In this document: in pieces, positions 36,862-47,499 of the stretch
Layout of the letters: every line of letters begins with the position of its first letter
How positions within the stretch are numbered: position 1 is the stretch's first letter
Assembly: GCA_045613445.1 (NCBI GenBank)
Contig: JAZLAZ010000020.1
Coordinates: 74,433 to 138,432, forward strand
Direction: 5' to 3'
DNA length: 64,000 nucleotides
DNA from: Candidatus Enterousia sp.
Lineage (GTDB): Bacteria; Pseudomonadota; Alphaproteobacteria; Rs-D84
Notes under the pieces: model-generated
The model's input: only the letters and a program-made list of their open reading frames with translations
Told to the model about the DNA's origin: nothing
The model's database searches: none
Program-made: the position numbers and the translations under genes

Positions 36862-38653
36862 AACCAATCAACTTTTGCCAAATGCTTTGTTTCTGTGGCT
36901 GCTTTTTCTTTTTTCTGCGATTTGCAGATACTGTTGTGCGCTTTGCATCATTATGCTGGGCGTGTTTCTTTTTTATGTCTGTTGATGGCGCGTGTGCATT
37001 TAACAAATCGTCAGTTTTGTTTTGTTCTGGGGCAACGCGTTGAATCGAATATTGATCAATGTTCAACAGACTGTCATCGCCAACAATTACAATTTCTGTT
37101 TCAAATTCAGATTCCATTGCTGCCAATTCTGCGCGTTTATGATTCAACAGATATACTGCGACATCTGTCGGTACAGTCATAATGATTTTCTGGGCAGATT
37201 TTGCCAGCAGTTTTTCTTGCAAGTGACGGAACAAGATAATCGCAGCAGTTTGAATCGATGGAACGACCCCAGCGCCCATACAGTGTGGGCATGGAACATA
37301 TGAAGATTCCATAAAGCTGCTGCGTAATCTTTGACGCGATAACATCAACACACCAAAGTTGTTGATTTTTGCAACTTGGGTACGCGCGCGATCGCGTTTC
37401 ATGACTTCGCGCATTTTCAGTTCCAGTTTGCGATTGTTCTTTTCTTCTTCCATGTCGATAAAGTCAACTGCAACAATGCCAGCCAAATCACGCAGACGCA
37501 ATTGTAATGCAATTTCTTCGGCAGCTTCCAGATTGGTGTTCAGTGCTGTTTGTTCGATATCTTTTTCTTTTATCGCACGAGAAGAGTTCACATCAATTGT
37601 AACCATCGCTTCGGTCTGATTGATAACCAATGAACCGCCTGATGGTAATTGAACATATGGACCATGCAAACCTTCTAGCTGTTTTTCAACACCGGCTTTG
37701 ACCATCAATGGAACAGCTGCGTCTTTATAATGTACCAGCTGTTTGCGTGGTGCACGTCCGTACATCTGTTGAAAATATTGCTTGGCTGCATCAAATGCTT
37801 CTTCGCCTTGGATAGTTAAAACATCTTCTTTGTCGCTGACAAAATCGCGAACGACACGGCGCAATAAGGAATCTTCGGTATGAATTGTCACAGGTGCAAC
37901 CGATGCCAATGTTGTTTTACGGATTTCATTCCACAGCCCAACCAAGTAATCATAGTCTGCCGCAATATCAGATGCTGTTGCACCCATCGCAGCCGTACGC
38001 AGAACAACTGTCATACCCTTTGGAATTTTTAAGTCGTGCAAAATTTCACGCAATCTGGCACGTTCTGATTTATCAGAAATCTTTTTGGAAATTCCATAGC
38101 TGTTTCGTTTGCGTGAATTTGGCATCAATACGGCAAATCTACCCGCCAATGACAGGTATGTTGTCATTGATGCACCTTTTTGACCGCGTTCTTCTTTGAC
38201 ACCTTGAATCAGCAAGATCTGTTTCGGTTTGATAACATCTTGGATTTTGAATTCGCGTGCGCGTTTAACAAATTCATTATTGTCTTCGCCTGCGCTGTGA
38301 TCATCGTATTCAGCGACTTCGTCTTCTTCGTCATTTGGATCGTCGTCGTCGTCAACGATGTTCGCATGTGCCAGTTCCAGTAACTTTTTCTTTTGTTCAG
38401 GAGTTACTTGATAATAATCTGGGTGAATTTCAGAAAATGGTAAGAATCCATTTTTCCCAGTTCCATAATCAACGAACGCAGCCTGTAATGATGGTTCAAC
38501 ACGGATAACCTTGGCCAGATAAATGTTACCCTTTATCTGAGGTTTTGTTGTTGTTTCAACATCAAAATCAGAAACACGACCAGTTGTTGTATCCACCACA
38601 ACAACACGGGTTTCTTCTGGGTGGACTGCATCCACATATATTTTTTTTGACAT
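36860..38653 (-). CDS. rne: ribonuclease E/G family endoribonuclease (597 aa)
   Basis: S1 domain IKGNIYLAKVIRVEPSLQAAFVDYG; catalytic-core and Zn-link region CPHCMGAG; basic tail. Confidence 0.85.
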   Translation of the reverse strand: MSKKIYVDAVHPEETRVVVVDTTTGRVSDFDVETTTKPQIKGNIYLAKVIRVEPSLQAAFVDYGTGKNGFLPFSEIHPDYYQVTPEQKKKLLELAHANIVDDDDDPNDEEDEVAEYDDHSAGEDNNEFVKRAREFKIQDVIKPKQILLIQGVKEERGQKGASMTTYLSLAGRFAVLMPNSRKRNSYGISKKISDKSERARLREILHDLKIPKGMTVVLRTAAMGATASDIAADYDYLVGLWNEIRKTTLASVAPVTIHTEDSLLRRVVRDFVSDKEDVLTIQGEEAFDAAKQYFQQMYGRAPRKQLVHYKDAAVPLMVKAGVEKQLEGLHGPYVQLPSGGSLVINQTEAMVTIDVNSSRAIKEKDIEQTALNTNLEAAEEIALQLRLRDLAGIVAVDFIDMEEEKNNRKLELKMREVMKRDRARTQVAKINNFGVLMLSRQRLRSSFMESSYVPCPHCMGAGVVPSIQTAAIILFRHLQEKLLAKSAQKIIMTVPTDVAVYLLNHKRAELAAMESEFETEIVIVGDDSLLNIDQYSIQRVAPEQNKTDDLLNAHAPSTDIKKKHAQHNDAKRTTVSANRRKKKKQPQKQSIWQKLIG

Positions 38654-38858
38654 TTAATAATCCTTTTGTTTTGGCGATGTATGATACAGCAACAACCTGT
38701 CCCCGTGGGGCGTCCAAGCCCATGCCAAGGGAAAGCACCATGATACAAATCAGCGCCATGCAAATTGTTGAAATTAGTGACAATATAAACACTTTTTATA
38801 ACCCCATGTCATACACAGGGGATATTCTAACATGACAATTAGTGTATTAGCAAGGTAT

Positions 38859-39881
38859 TTATTTTCTAATTTTTATTTCATTTTTAATGTTTTTGATTTT
38901 TGCAGGAATTTTATCTTTGGCTTCGGCCAGCCAACGTTTCATGCGGGAACGCAACCAGCGTTCGTATATAAAAAACAAGCTGCCAATTCCAATCAATGGC
39001 AATACATAGTATATAATTCTGTATGCCAACAGTGCACCAAATATATTCGCTTTATCAATTGTGTCCGGCAGTGCCAACATAAATACACTTTCGAAAACAC
39101 CAATGCCACCAGGAACTTGACTGAATACGCCTGTGGTTTGGGCTATTACAAACAGGCCGATAAATGTTGTAAATGGTATCTGTACAAATGGAATTAAACA
39201 GAAATATAATACCAAGCCAGCCAAAACACTGTCGGTTATTCCAAGAATTGTTTGGCTGAATGCCATTTGTGTCGTTGGAACTTGGAATTTTATGTTGCCA
39301 ATTTTGATACTTTTTTTATGGAATATTAATGTTATTGCAAAATACGTCAGCAGTATAGTGGCGCAGAATATGAATAATGTATTTAATCCCATGCTGACAC
39401 CGATTGAATTATCAAATACTGCATTTGGAATTAAAAAGTATCCAATAACAACAATTGCAGATGCACCAAGGAAATATGTAAATCCAGATATTGTCAGCAT
39501 TTTTAATATGTCTGCACCGCGAATTCGCCATCGTGTATATAATCTGTATCTAATTGCGCCACCACTGACCACAGCATGACCTGCATTATTGCTGATTGCA
39601 AAACCCAGCATACCGGCCAGCATCCATTTCCACCATGTAACACGACCACCAACATAACGCAGTGCCAAGTAATCATATAAAGATAATGCCAAATAACCTG
39701 CAAAGCATGCCAAAGATGCCAATAGCAAATTGATAAATGGTATATCTAGTATTGCATGCGCAATGTCTGATAAACTGTAATTTCGCAATTGCCACCACAA
39801 CATACCGGCAGCCAGTGCGAAAAAGAAAATGCCTGCATAACTGATTATCTTTTTGAACAGGCGTTTTGTCTGAACTGACAT
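38859..39881 (-). CDS. UPF0104/MprF-flippase-like integral membrane protein
   Basis: About 8 TM segments. The N-terminal pattern WWQLRNYSLSDI...LALSLYDYLALRY resembles the YbhN/lysyl-PG synthase TM region. Confidence 0.55.
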   Translation of the reverse strand: MSVQTKRLFKKIISYAGIFFFALAAGMLWWQLRNYSLSDIAHAILDIPFINLLLASLACFAGYLALSLYDYLALRYVGGRVTWWKWMLAGMLGFAISNNAGHAVVSGGAIRYRLYTRWRIRGADILKMLTISGFTYFLGASAIVVIGYFLIPNAVFDNSIGVSMGLNTLFIFCATILLTYFAITLIFHKKSIKIGNIKFQVPTTQMAFSQTILGITDSVLAGLVLYFCLIPFVQIPFTTFIGLFVIAQTTGVFSQVPGGIGVFESVFMLALPDTIDKANIFGALLAYRIIYYVLPLIGIGSLFFIYERWLRSRMKRWLAEAKDKIPAKIKNIKNEIKIRK

Positions 39882-40006
39882 AAAAATCCTTTTAAAGCGA
39901 TTGATAGGATAACAGTATTATATCAAAAAGCAAATCCAAAAAAAATTGCAAAACATCTGGCCGTCAATGGTCAGTCGAAACGCAATATAAAAATCAGAAA
40001 TGTTTT

Positions 40007-40930
40007 TTATTTTTTAAACATTTTATTTAGATGTTTTATCGCGACAATCTGTTCCCGCATAAATTCAATCTTTTGCAGGTTGTTTTTTACACCTTTGTCG
40101 GATTGCGGGTTGGTGCGCAAATCATCTGATGCTTTGATAAAGCGACGCAATAAAACGAACATCATGCGATATATCATAATAAGGCGCAATGTGTTGTTGT
40201 TTGGACTTGGCATAGAATATTTTTGTTTGTCATGTAATTGATGATATCTTTGATATACATGTTTACATATTCCCAATTCAATTTGTAGGGGTGAAAATAT
40301 ATCACGATATATGAAACTGTAATCTGCTTCGGCAAAATCAATAAAAGACAATGTGCTGCTTTTTATATCGTATAATACATTTCCAGAATTCAAATCACAG
40401 TGTGACCATGCATAACGTGTATCGTATGTGAAATTTGCAATATTGTTACGGATGGCAGACATGTCTTGAATTTCGCTGTCTGTAAACCAATTTGACATTT
40501 TGTTGTCGATAAAATTAGATAGTCTGTTGAATTTTAATTCTGATGAAATTTTATGGTTGTTGATATCTTGGACTGGCTTTAATTCATTCATATCTACCAA
40601 AAATGCGGCAAGTCCGTCAATAATTTCGTATTTTTGGCGCTGGGACAGTTTCATGAATAGTTCTGCGGTCAGATGTTCCCCTGGCGCACGTTCTTCAAGT
40701 AACTGAAACTCATCATCTTTGATATATACCATACGTGGGATGCTATATCTTGGATTTCCAACAGCGTGAATTTCGTCAATTGCTTGTTTTGTGCGGTGTT
40801 GTTTCGCCAACCATGATTTACATGCGTCTGGTCCAAATGTCGGCAGTGGGCGCTTCATAACAAATTCTGCACCAAAATCAGCGATATATGTTTCACGACC
40901 ATGAATAAGATTTTCGGTATCTGTTGGCAT
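40007..40930 (-). CDS. APH/choline-kinase-like phosphotransferase
   Basis: Catalytic loop HCDLNSGNVL and metal-binding IDFAEA. AT-rich by eye. Confidence 0.65.
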   Translation of the reverse strand: MPTDTENLIHGRETYIADFGAEFVMKRPLPTFGPDACKSWLAKQHRTKQAIDEIHAVGNPRYSIPRMVYIKDDEFQLLEERAPGEHLTAELFMKLSQRQKYEIIDGLAAFLVDMNELKPVQDINNHKISSELKFNRLSNFIDNKMSNWFTDSEIQDMSAIRNNIANFTYDTRYAWSHCDLNSGNVLYDIKSSTLSFIDFAEADYSFIYRDIFSPLQIELGICKHVYQRYHQLHDKQKYSMPSPNNNTLRLIMIYRMMFVLLRRFIKASDDLRTNPQSDKGVKNNLQKIEFMREQIVAIKHLNKMFKK

Positions 40931-40932
40931 TT

Positions 40933-41664
40933 TTATAACGTCTTAGATTTTGTTAGCAGTTTGATTATGTCTTGTTGTGTGCGAACCATGCATTGTGACA
41001 TATATGCATAGTAAGCTTTCTTGTCACCGCATGCATATTGTGCGATTGCAGCCTTGTATCGCTGTTTGTCATTAGGTCTGTTAAATACAATCGGACGATA
41101 CCCGTTTTGAACAAGTATCCAATTCATTACCAGACGGGCAGTACGTTTGTTAAAATCGTCAAATGGCTGTAATGCAATTATTTCATAGTGCGCATCAAAT
41201 GCACGGTGTAGTACATCTTTGGATGTGTCGTTCATATTATATGCAATTATGTTTAATGTATATGGTATATCGTACGAATCTGGTGCGTGCATGCGTTCGC
41301 CATTGATAGTTATTTCTAATATTTTTGATGTAGTACGAAAATTACCGCCATCAATGTATGTGTTTTGACATAAAAAGCTGTGCAATTTACATATGTCACT
41401 GGCTTCGATGCGTTTGTTTTTGTTTTGATTGTTGATTATATAGTCGTATGCGCGGCCTAAATTGTTCATACAGTTAAAATCTAGATAAAAATTCTGTTCT
41501 TTTAACGGTATATAAAATAATGTGCGGGGTTCTGTGTACGATATTTCATGACGCAACCAATTGATGTTATTCAAACGTTTGACAGATGCCGCACCGGATA
41601 ATTTTTCGGTGATGGTGGCACGATTTGATTCTATCTTTGCTCTCAGTTTTGGTTGCTTTGTCAA
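40933..41664 (-). CDS. Fic/Doc-family protein with degenerate, Doc-like motif
   Basis: QPFDDFNKRTARLVMNW aligns to HxFx(D/E)(G/A)N(G/K)R. His is replaced by Gln; NKR as in Doc. 2-nt gap to the downstream kinase gene. Confidence 0.6.
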   Translation of the reverse strand: MTKQPKLRAKIESNRATITEKLSGAASVKRLNNINWLRHEISYTEPRTLFYIPLKEQNFYLDFNCMNNLGRAYDYIINNQNKNKRIEASDICKLHSFLCQNTYIDGGNFRTTSKILEITINGERMHAPDSYDIPYTLNIIAYNMNDTSKDVLHRAFDAHYEIIALQPFDDFNKRTARLVMNWILVQNGYRPIVFNRPNDKQRYKAAIAQYACGDKKAYYAYMSQCMVRTQQDIIKLLTKSKTL

Positions 41665-41813
41665 ATTTTTACCTCAGCTACTTGTTATAAATATAATACA
41701 TAAATTTGATTTGTCAATATTTTTTAGGATTTTTAATTCTGTGTAAAAATCGTGTTGAATGTGGGGTAAAATTGTTCTATGCTGGGGCATACATAAGTAG
41801 AAAGGATAGGTAA

Positions 41814-43181
41814 ATGTTAAAAAAAGTATTGCTTTTAATAGCGTTATTTATGCCAATGGTTGGTGATGCTGCGCCAAAAAAGAAAAAAGAAGAGCCGGTG
41901 GTTCATCTGACCAACGAACAGATATATGAAGAATTAAAAAAATTGGCAATGGTATTTGAAGTTGCACGTGAAAGTTTTGTCGAAGAAGCTGATGAAAAAA
42001 AGATGTTGGAAGCTGCGATGAGCGGTATGTTAGGGGCCCTGGATCCCCATTCGTCGTATTTGTCTGCTGATGATTTCAAGGAATTTAGTGATAAATCACA
42101 CGGTGAATTTGGTGGTTTGGGAATTCAAATCACCAGTGACAGGGGGGCTGTGCGTGTTATATCGCCAATTGATGATACACCTGCAGCCAAGGCCGGTATC
42201 AAAGCTGGGGATTATATTACGCATATTGATGATGAACAAGTGTTTGATTTGACATTGAATCAGGCTGTGAAAAAAATGAAGGGACGTCCAGGAACAAAAG
42301 TAAAACTGACAGTGATTTCCGACGATGGTGAACCAAAAACATTGACATTAAAACGCGATATCATCAAGGTGAAATCTGTTAAATTTGAAGAAAAAATGTT
42401 GGCAGATGCAGATACAGAAGACAAAGACACACCAAAGGTTGGATATATCAGAATATCGGATTTTGGGGCGACAACTGCACGTGACTTAAAAGAAGCACTG
42501 GAAAAGTTAGAAAAGAAAGATGTTGTTGGATATGTTTTGGATGTGAGAAATAATCCAGGTGGGTATTTGACTGCTGCAATTGATGTATCTGATGCGTTTT
42601 TGGATTCTGGTGAAATTGTTTCAACACGCGGTAAAGAAAAAACAGATATCGAACGCGTACATGCGACATCAGGAGATTTGGCAAATGGAAAACCTGTGGT
42701 TGTGTTGATAAATCATGGTTCTGCATCTGCGTCAGAAATTGTTGCAGGCGCAATCCAAGATAATGGTCGTGGTTTGGTTATGGGGTCGCAATCGTTTGGC
42801 AAGGGCAGTGTACAACAACAAAAACCATTGGGGGATGGTACCGCAATTCATATAACAATTGCACGGTATTATACGCCGTCTGGTCGTTCTATTCAGAACG
42901 AAGGTATTACCCCGGATATCGAAGTTTTGCAATCTAAATTGGAAGTGCTGGAAAAAAAGGAAAGTATGTATTCCGAAGCATCATTCAAAAATGCATTAAA
43001 AAATGAACAAGCCAAGAAAAAATCTGATAAAAAATCAGATGATGATAAAGAAGAACTGACAGATGAAGAAAAAGATGCCCAAGATTATCAGTTGCAACGC
43101 GCGATGGATATGGTGATTGCAATGGGAACGTTGCAGTCAAGACAGCCTGTGGTTGTAGACGAGTATCATGTCGATGAATAA
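41814..43181 (+). CDS. ctpA: carboxy-terminal processing protease (S41)
   Basis: PDZ region GIKAGDYITHID; GSASASEI Ser motif; catalytic Lys region SFGKGSVQ. Confidence 0.85.
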   Translation: MLKKVLLLIALFMPMVGDAAPKKKKEEPVVHLTNEQIYEELKKLAMVFEVARESFVEEADEKKMLEAAMSGMLGALDPHSSYLSADDFKEFSDKSHGEFGGLGIQITSDRGAVRVISPIDDTPAAKAGIKAGDYITHIDDEQVFDLTLNQAVKKMKGRPGTKVKLTVISDDGEPKTLTLKRDIIKVKSVKFEEKMLADADTEDKDTPKVGYIRISDFGATTARDLKEALEKLEKKDVVGYVLDVRNNPGGYLTAAIDVSDAFLDSGEIVSTRGKEKTDIERVHATSGDLANGKPVVVLINHGSASASEIVAGAIQDNGRGLVMGSQSFGKGSVQQQKPLGDGTAIHITIARYYTPSGRSIQNEGITPDIEVLQSKLEVLEKKESMYSEASFKNALKNEQAKKKSDKKSDDDKEELTDEEKDAQDYQLQRAMDMVIAMGTLQSRQPVVVDEYHVDE

Positions 43182-43205
43182 AAATGGGGCGTTGCCCCAT
43201 TTTTT
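43180..43205. terminator. bidirectional terminator between ctpA and the ClpP-like gene
   Basis: aaaaATGGGGCgttGCCCCATtttt. Confidence 0.75.
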
Positions 43206-43830
43206 AACGATTGTGTATCATACCTTTTTCATTGATTATCCAATCTGCAAAAGAGAATTTAAGTGCGTCATTGGCAGTTACAAAACTGTCTTTGGACATT
43301 AGTTTTTTTAACTCTTTTGGTGTGATTTTTGTATTGTTTAGATACAGGTTTTTCCAATTAGCATGATTTTCTTTCATATTATTAGTTATGGAATCAATTT
43401 CACTTTCTAGTTTTGCTGTGCGGCTTTGTGAACCAAAGTGAACCAAATGATATGCGTTAGAATACATGATGCGGAATCCTGGTGTGCCCATAATTGCTAA
43501 TGCGCTGCCACAGCTGTATGCTTTGCTGCATACTGTTGTACGGATAATTGCACCCTTGGATTTTGCAATCCCAAGCAGTGTAGTAATAGTATTTAATATA
43601 GTAACATCGCCACCATTGGAATTGATAAATACATCAATAATGTTGTATTGTTTTGTATCAATGTCATATGGTGATTTTAATGTTCCCTTGTATTTGTATT
43701 TGGCACGTGGTTCTAAATTCATTACCAAATCAGACAGGTTACCAATCATTTCATTAGTAGTAGTTGTTCTAAAATCATCTAAAATAAAAACACTGTTTCC
43801 TAATATATAGTTGCTTTCTTTTTGTGCCAT
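43204..43830 (-). CDS. orphan ClpP-like (S14) serine protease paralog
   Basis: INSNGGDV, AYSCGSALA (Ser) and YHLVHFG (His) parallel ClpP's INSPGG / AASMG / MIHQP. AT-rich by eye. Confidence 0.55.
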   Translation of the reverse strand: MAQKESNYILGNSVFILDDFRTTTTNEMIGNLSDLVMNLEPRAKYKYKGTLKSPYDIDTKQYNIIDVFINSNGGDVTILNTITTLLGIAKSKGAIIRTTVCSKAYSCGSALAIMGTPGFRIMYSNAYHLVHFGSQSRTAKLESEIDSITNNMKENHANWKNLYLNNTKITPKELKKLMSKDSFVTANDALKFSFADWIINEKGMIHNR

Positions 43831-43988
43831 GATTTAATCTCTTGTTTTATTATACATAGAAGCGTATCAAGATTGTAGTACACAATGCGTATTTGTCAAT
43901 TGTTTTTTTTAGAATAATTCTTGCGTTTTTTTTGGTGTTTGCTATAATTTTTCCTGAAATAAAACATGGTTCAAAGGAAAGAAAAAAT

Positions 43989-46900
43989 ATGTCCAAATTG
44001 ATTGTTGATGGTAACTGGGCGGCGGCGGATGTTGCGTACAGATGTGTTGATTTTGCAGCGATTTATCCAATCACACCCAGTAGTACAATGGGGGAGTTGG
44101 CAGACGAATGGTCTTTTCAACATAAAAAGAATATTTGGGGTGCAATTCCACAGATAATTGAAATGCAATCCGAAGCAGGGGCGGCTGGTGCAATGCATGG
44201 CGCATTGCAAATGGGGACGTTGGCAACAACTTTTACTGCATCCCAAGGCTTGTTATTGATGATTCCGAATATGTATAAAATCGCAGGTGAACAAACACCG
44301 TTTGTTATGCATGTGGCAGCGCGCGCGTTGGCAACACATGCATTATCTATATTTGGTGATCACAGTGATGTTATGTCTGTTCGTGGAACAGGGTTTGCAA
44401 TGTTGTCATCACATAATGTTCAACAGGCACATGATATGGCCGCGATTGCACATGCTGCAACAATTCGTAGCCGTGTGCCATTCCTGCACTTTTTTGATGG
44501 GTTTCGCACCAGTCATGAAGAATCCAGATTGATACGCATCGATGATGATGTGTTAAAACAAATGATTCCGGATGATTTGTTGCTGGAAAATCGTGCACGT
44601 GGTATGACGCCAGATAAACCAACAATTCGTGGTACTGCACAGAATCCAGATGTGTTTTTCCAAGGACGTGAAGCGGCCAACCCATTGTATGAAAAAACAC
44701 CAGAAATTGTTCAAAAATGTATGGATGAATTTGAAAAACTTACTGGGCGTAAATACGGTTTGGTTGAATATGTCGGTGATAAAAATGCAGAAAATATTAT
44801 TGTTGCAATGGGTAGTGCAGTTGACACAATCGAAGAAACACTGCCACATTTACCAAATGGTTTGGGGTTGGTAAAAATACATTTGTATCGTCCTTTTCCA
44901 GTAGATGTGTTCCGTAACATATTGCCGCAATCTGTGAAAAGAATAGCTGTGTTGGATAGAACAAAAGAACCAGGCAGTATCGGTGAACCTTTATACCAAG
45001 ATGTGAAATCTGTTGTTGGTGCAGGTGTCGAAGTATTTGGTGGTCGATATGGTTTGGGGTCTAAGGAATTTAAGCCGCGTGATGTCAAGGCGGTATATGA
45101 AAACCTGATGCGTGGTACAATTCATCATAACTTTACTGTTGGAATTGATGACGATTTAAGTGGTTTGTCGCTGAAAACAGATATGGCATTTTCTGTTGAA
45201 GACCCTAATTTCAAGACTGCTGTGTTGTATGGTATCGGCAGTGATGGTACAGTCGGTGCAGTTAAAAATATTGTGAAAATTGTCGGTGAAAATTCTGATT
45301 TATATCCGCAGTCATATGCAGTGTACGATTCTAAGAAGTCGGGTGGTTTGACGGCGTCGCATATTCGTTTTTCTGATGCACCAATTAAAAGTCAATATTT
45401 GGTAGAAGTTGCGGACTTTATCAGCGTTTCGAACTTTATGATTGCGCAGCGATTCGATGTGTTCCGTGGATTGCGTGCTGGGGGGACTGTGATGATAAAT
45501 ACATCGCTGGCCCCAGAAGTCGCGTTTGCGAATTTGCCGCGTGATACCCAAGAACATTTAATTCGTATGCGTGCAAATGTTTATTTCTTGGATGCGAATC
45601 GGGCGGCCACAGAATTGGGATTGGGAAATCGTATAAATACTTTTATTATGTTGAATTTCTTTAATCTGACTCAGGTTATTGATCCGCAGGTTGCAGCAGA
45701 TAGTGCCAAGGTCGCAATTGAAAAGACATACAAGAAAAAGGGGATGGATGTTGTGGCAGCCAACTGGGCAGCTGTGGACAAGGCTGCTGAATATTTAGTG
45801 CATTTCAAGTTGCCATCGTCTGTGTCTGGTTTTGCACCTGATTTTGTTCCTGCGATGACACTGGATACACCTGCTGAAATTGCAGGTACGCTTGGGGAAA
45901 TGGCTGCACAACGCGGTGATGCAATACCTGTGTCGCGTTTCCGTGTGGATGGTGAATTTGGAGGTGGACAATATCCTGTGGGGACAGCGAAGTATGAAAA
46001 GCGTGCAATATCAGATAAAGTTGCATCTGTTGATATCGATAAGTGTATTCAGTGTGGTAAATGTGCAATGCTGTGTCCGCATGCGGTGATTCGTGTCAAG
46101 GCAATGACAGAAGAACAGGCACAGCAAGCACGTGAAAATGGTATCAAGGTCGTTCCAATGAAAACACCAGAATTGGGACCAAATATGTACTTTACAATCA
46201 ATATTTCTGCGGCAGATTGTACAGGATGTAATATTTGTGTAAAACATTGCCCGTCTGGTGCATTGTCAATGGTGTCAGCCAAAGAAGTTATGGCAGAACA
46301 ACAGGCGCAGTTTGATGCGGCAGAACAGATTCCAAATATTGAACGCAGTAAGTTAAATTTGAATATACCAAAGCATGTTGAATTATTGCCTCATTATTTT
46401 GAATTCCCAGGTGCATGTGCAGGCTGTGGTGAAACACCATATGTCAGAATGTTGGCTCACTTGTTCGGGGATAAAATGGTGGTTGCAAATGCAACAGGAT
46501 GTTCATCGATATATGGTGCGAATTTGCCAACAACGCCGTGGACATGTGATGCAAATGGGCGCGGGCCTGCGTGGTCTAATTCGCTGTTTGAAGATAACGC
46601 AGAATATGGTTTGGGGATGCGGTTGGCACTGAACCAAAAACGTGATAATTTGAAAGCGTTGTTGTTTGAATTGGGTATCGGTAATGTTGAACAGATGTTT
46701 GATGAAAAAGATACATTAAAACAACGTGAAATCGAATCGAATTTGCGTAAACAATTGGCTAATATAGAAGGTGACAGGGCGCGTTTTGCCGAAAGCTTGG
46801 TTGGTGAAATTGTTGATAAATCTGTTTGGATTATCGGTGGTGATGGATGGGCATATGATATTGGATATGGTGGTGTTGATCATATTTTGCACAGCGGTGA

Positions 46901-47498
46901 AAATGTAAATATCTTGGTGTTGGATACCGAAGGCTATTCAAATACTGGGGGGCAGCAATCTAAATCTACACCGTTTGGCGCCAGTATGAAGTTTGCAATT
47001 GGTGGAAAAAATCACGCCAAGAAAGATTTGGGTATGATAGCAATGATGAGTGGGGCATATGTTGCGCAAATTGCAATGGGGGCAAATCAAGCCCAAGCGA
47101 TTCGTGCATTCCGTGAAGCTGCATCATTTGATGGCCCATCAATTATATTGGCGTATGCACCATGTATTGCACATGGATTTGCATTGCAAAATGGTCCAGA
47201 ACATCAAACACAGATGGTACAAACAGGGGCATGGCCATTGTTCAGATTTGATCCGCGTTTGATTGAAGAGGGACACAATCCATTGACCATGGATTCCAGT
47301 GTTGATAATCCTGCGCCATTGGAAGAATTCTTGAAAACAGAATCCCGATTTGCTGCGGCGCGCGCTGCAAATCCACAGTTTAACAAGTTGGTTGATTTGG
47401 CCAAGGCAAATAATGCATATAAAAGTGAACTGAAAAAGCATATCGCACAGTTCGCAATGCAGAACATGCCAAATGTCAAAGAAAATGGGGAAGGGTAA
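43989..47498 (+). CDS. nifJ: pyruvate:ferredoxin (flavodoxin) oxidoreductase
   Basis: 1169 aa. N-terminal IYPITPSS; two ferredoxin CxxCxxCxxxCP motifs; TPP-binding GGDGWAYDIGYGG. Confidence 0.92.
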   Translation: MSKLIVDGNWAAADVAYRCVDFAAIYPITPSSTMGELADEWSFQHKKNIWGAIPQIIEMQSEAGAAGAMHGALQMGTLATTFTASQGLLLMIPNMYKIAGEQTPFVMHVAARALATHALSIFGDHSDVMSVRGTGFAMLSSHNVQQAHDMAAIAHAATIRSRVPFLHFFDGFRTSHEESRLIRIDDDVLKQMIPDDLLLENRARGMTPDKPTIRGTAQNPDVFFQGREAANPLYEKTPEIVQKCMDEFEKLTGRKYGLVEYVGDKNAENIIVAMGSAVDTIEETLPHLPNGLGLVKIHLYRPFPVDVFRNILPQSVKRIAVLDRTKEPGSIGEPLYQDVKSVVGAGVEVFGGRYGLGSKEFKPRDVKAVYENLMRGTIHHNFTVGIDDDLSGLSLKTDMAFSVEDPNFKTAVLYGIGSDGTVGAVKNIVKIVGENSDLYPQSYAVYDSKKSGGLTASHIRFSDAPIKSQYLVEVADFISVSNFMIAQRFDVFRGLRAGGTVMINTSLAPEVAFANLPRDTQEHLIRMRANVYFLDANRAATELGLGNRINTFIMLNFFNLTQVIDPQVAADSAKVAIEKTYKKKGMDVVAANWAAVDKAAEYLVHFKLPSSVSGFAPDFVPAMTLDTPAEIAGTLGEMAAQRGDAIPVSRFRVDGEFGGGQYPVGTAKYEKRAISDKVASVDIDKCIQCGKCAMLCPHAVIRVKAMTEEQAQQARENGIKVVPMKTPELGPNMYFTINISAADCTGCNICVKHCPSGALSMVSAKEVMAEQQAQFDAAEQIPNIERSKLNLNIPKHVELLPHYFEFPGACAGCGETPYVRMLAHLFGDKMVVANATGCSSIYGANLPTTPWTCDANGRGPAWSNSLFEDNAEYGLGMRLALNQKRDNLKALLFELGIGNVEQMFDEKDTLKQREIESNLRKQLANIEGDRARFAESLVGEIVDKSVWIIGGDGWAYDIGYGGVDHILHSGENVNILVLDTEGYSNTGGQQSKSTPFGASMKFAIGGKNHAKKDLGMIAMMSGAYVAQIAMGANQAQAIRAFREAASFDGPSIILAYAPCIAHGFALQNGPEHQTQMVQTGAWPLFRFDPRLIEEGHNPLTMDSSVDNPAPLEEFLKTESRFAAARAANPQFNKLVDLAKANNAYKSELKKHIAQFAMQNMPNVKENGEG

Positions 47499-47499
47499 T

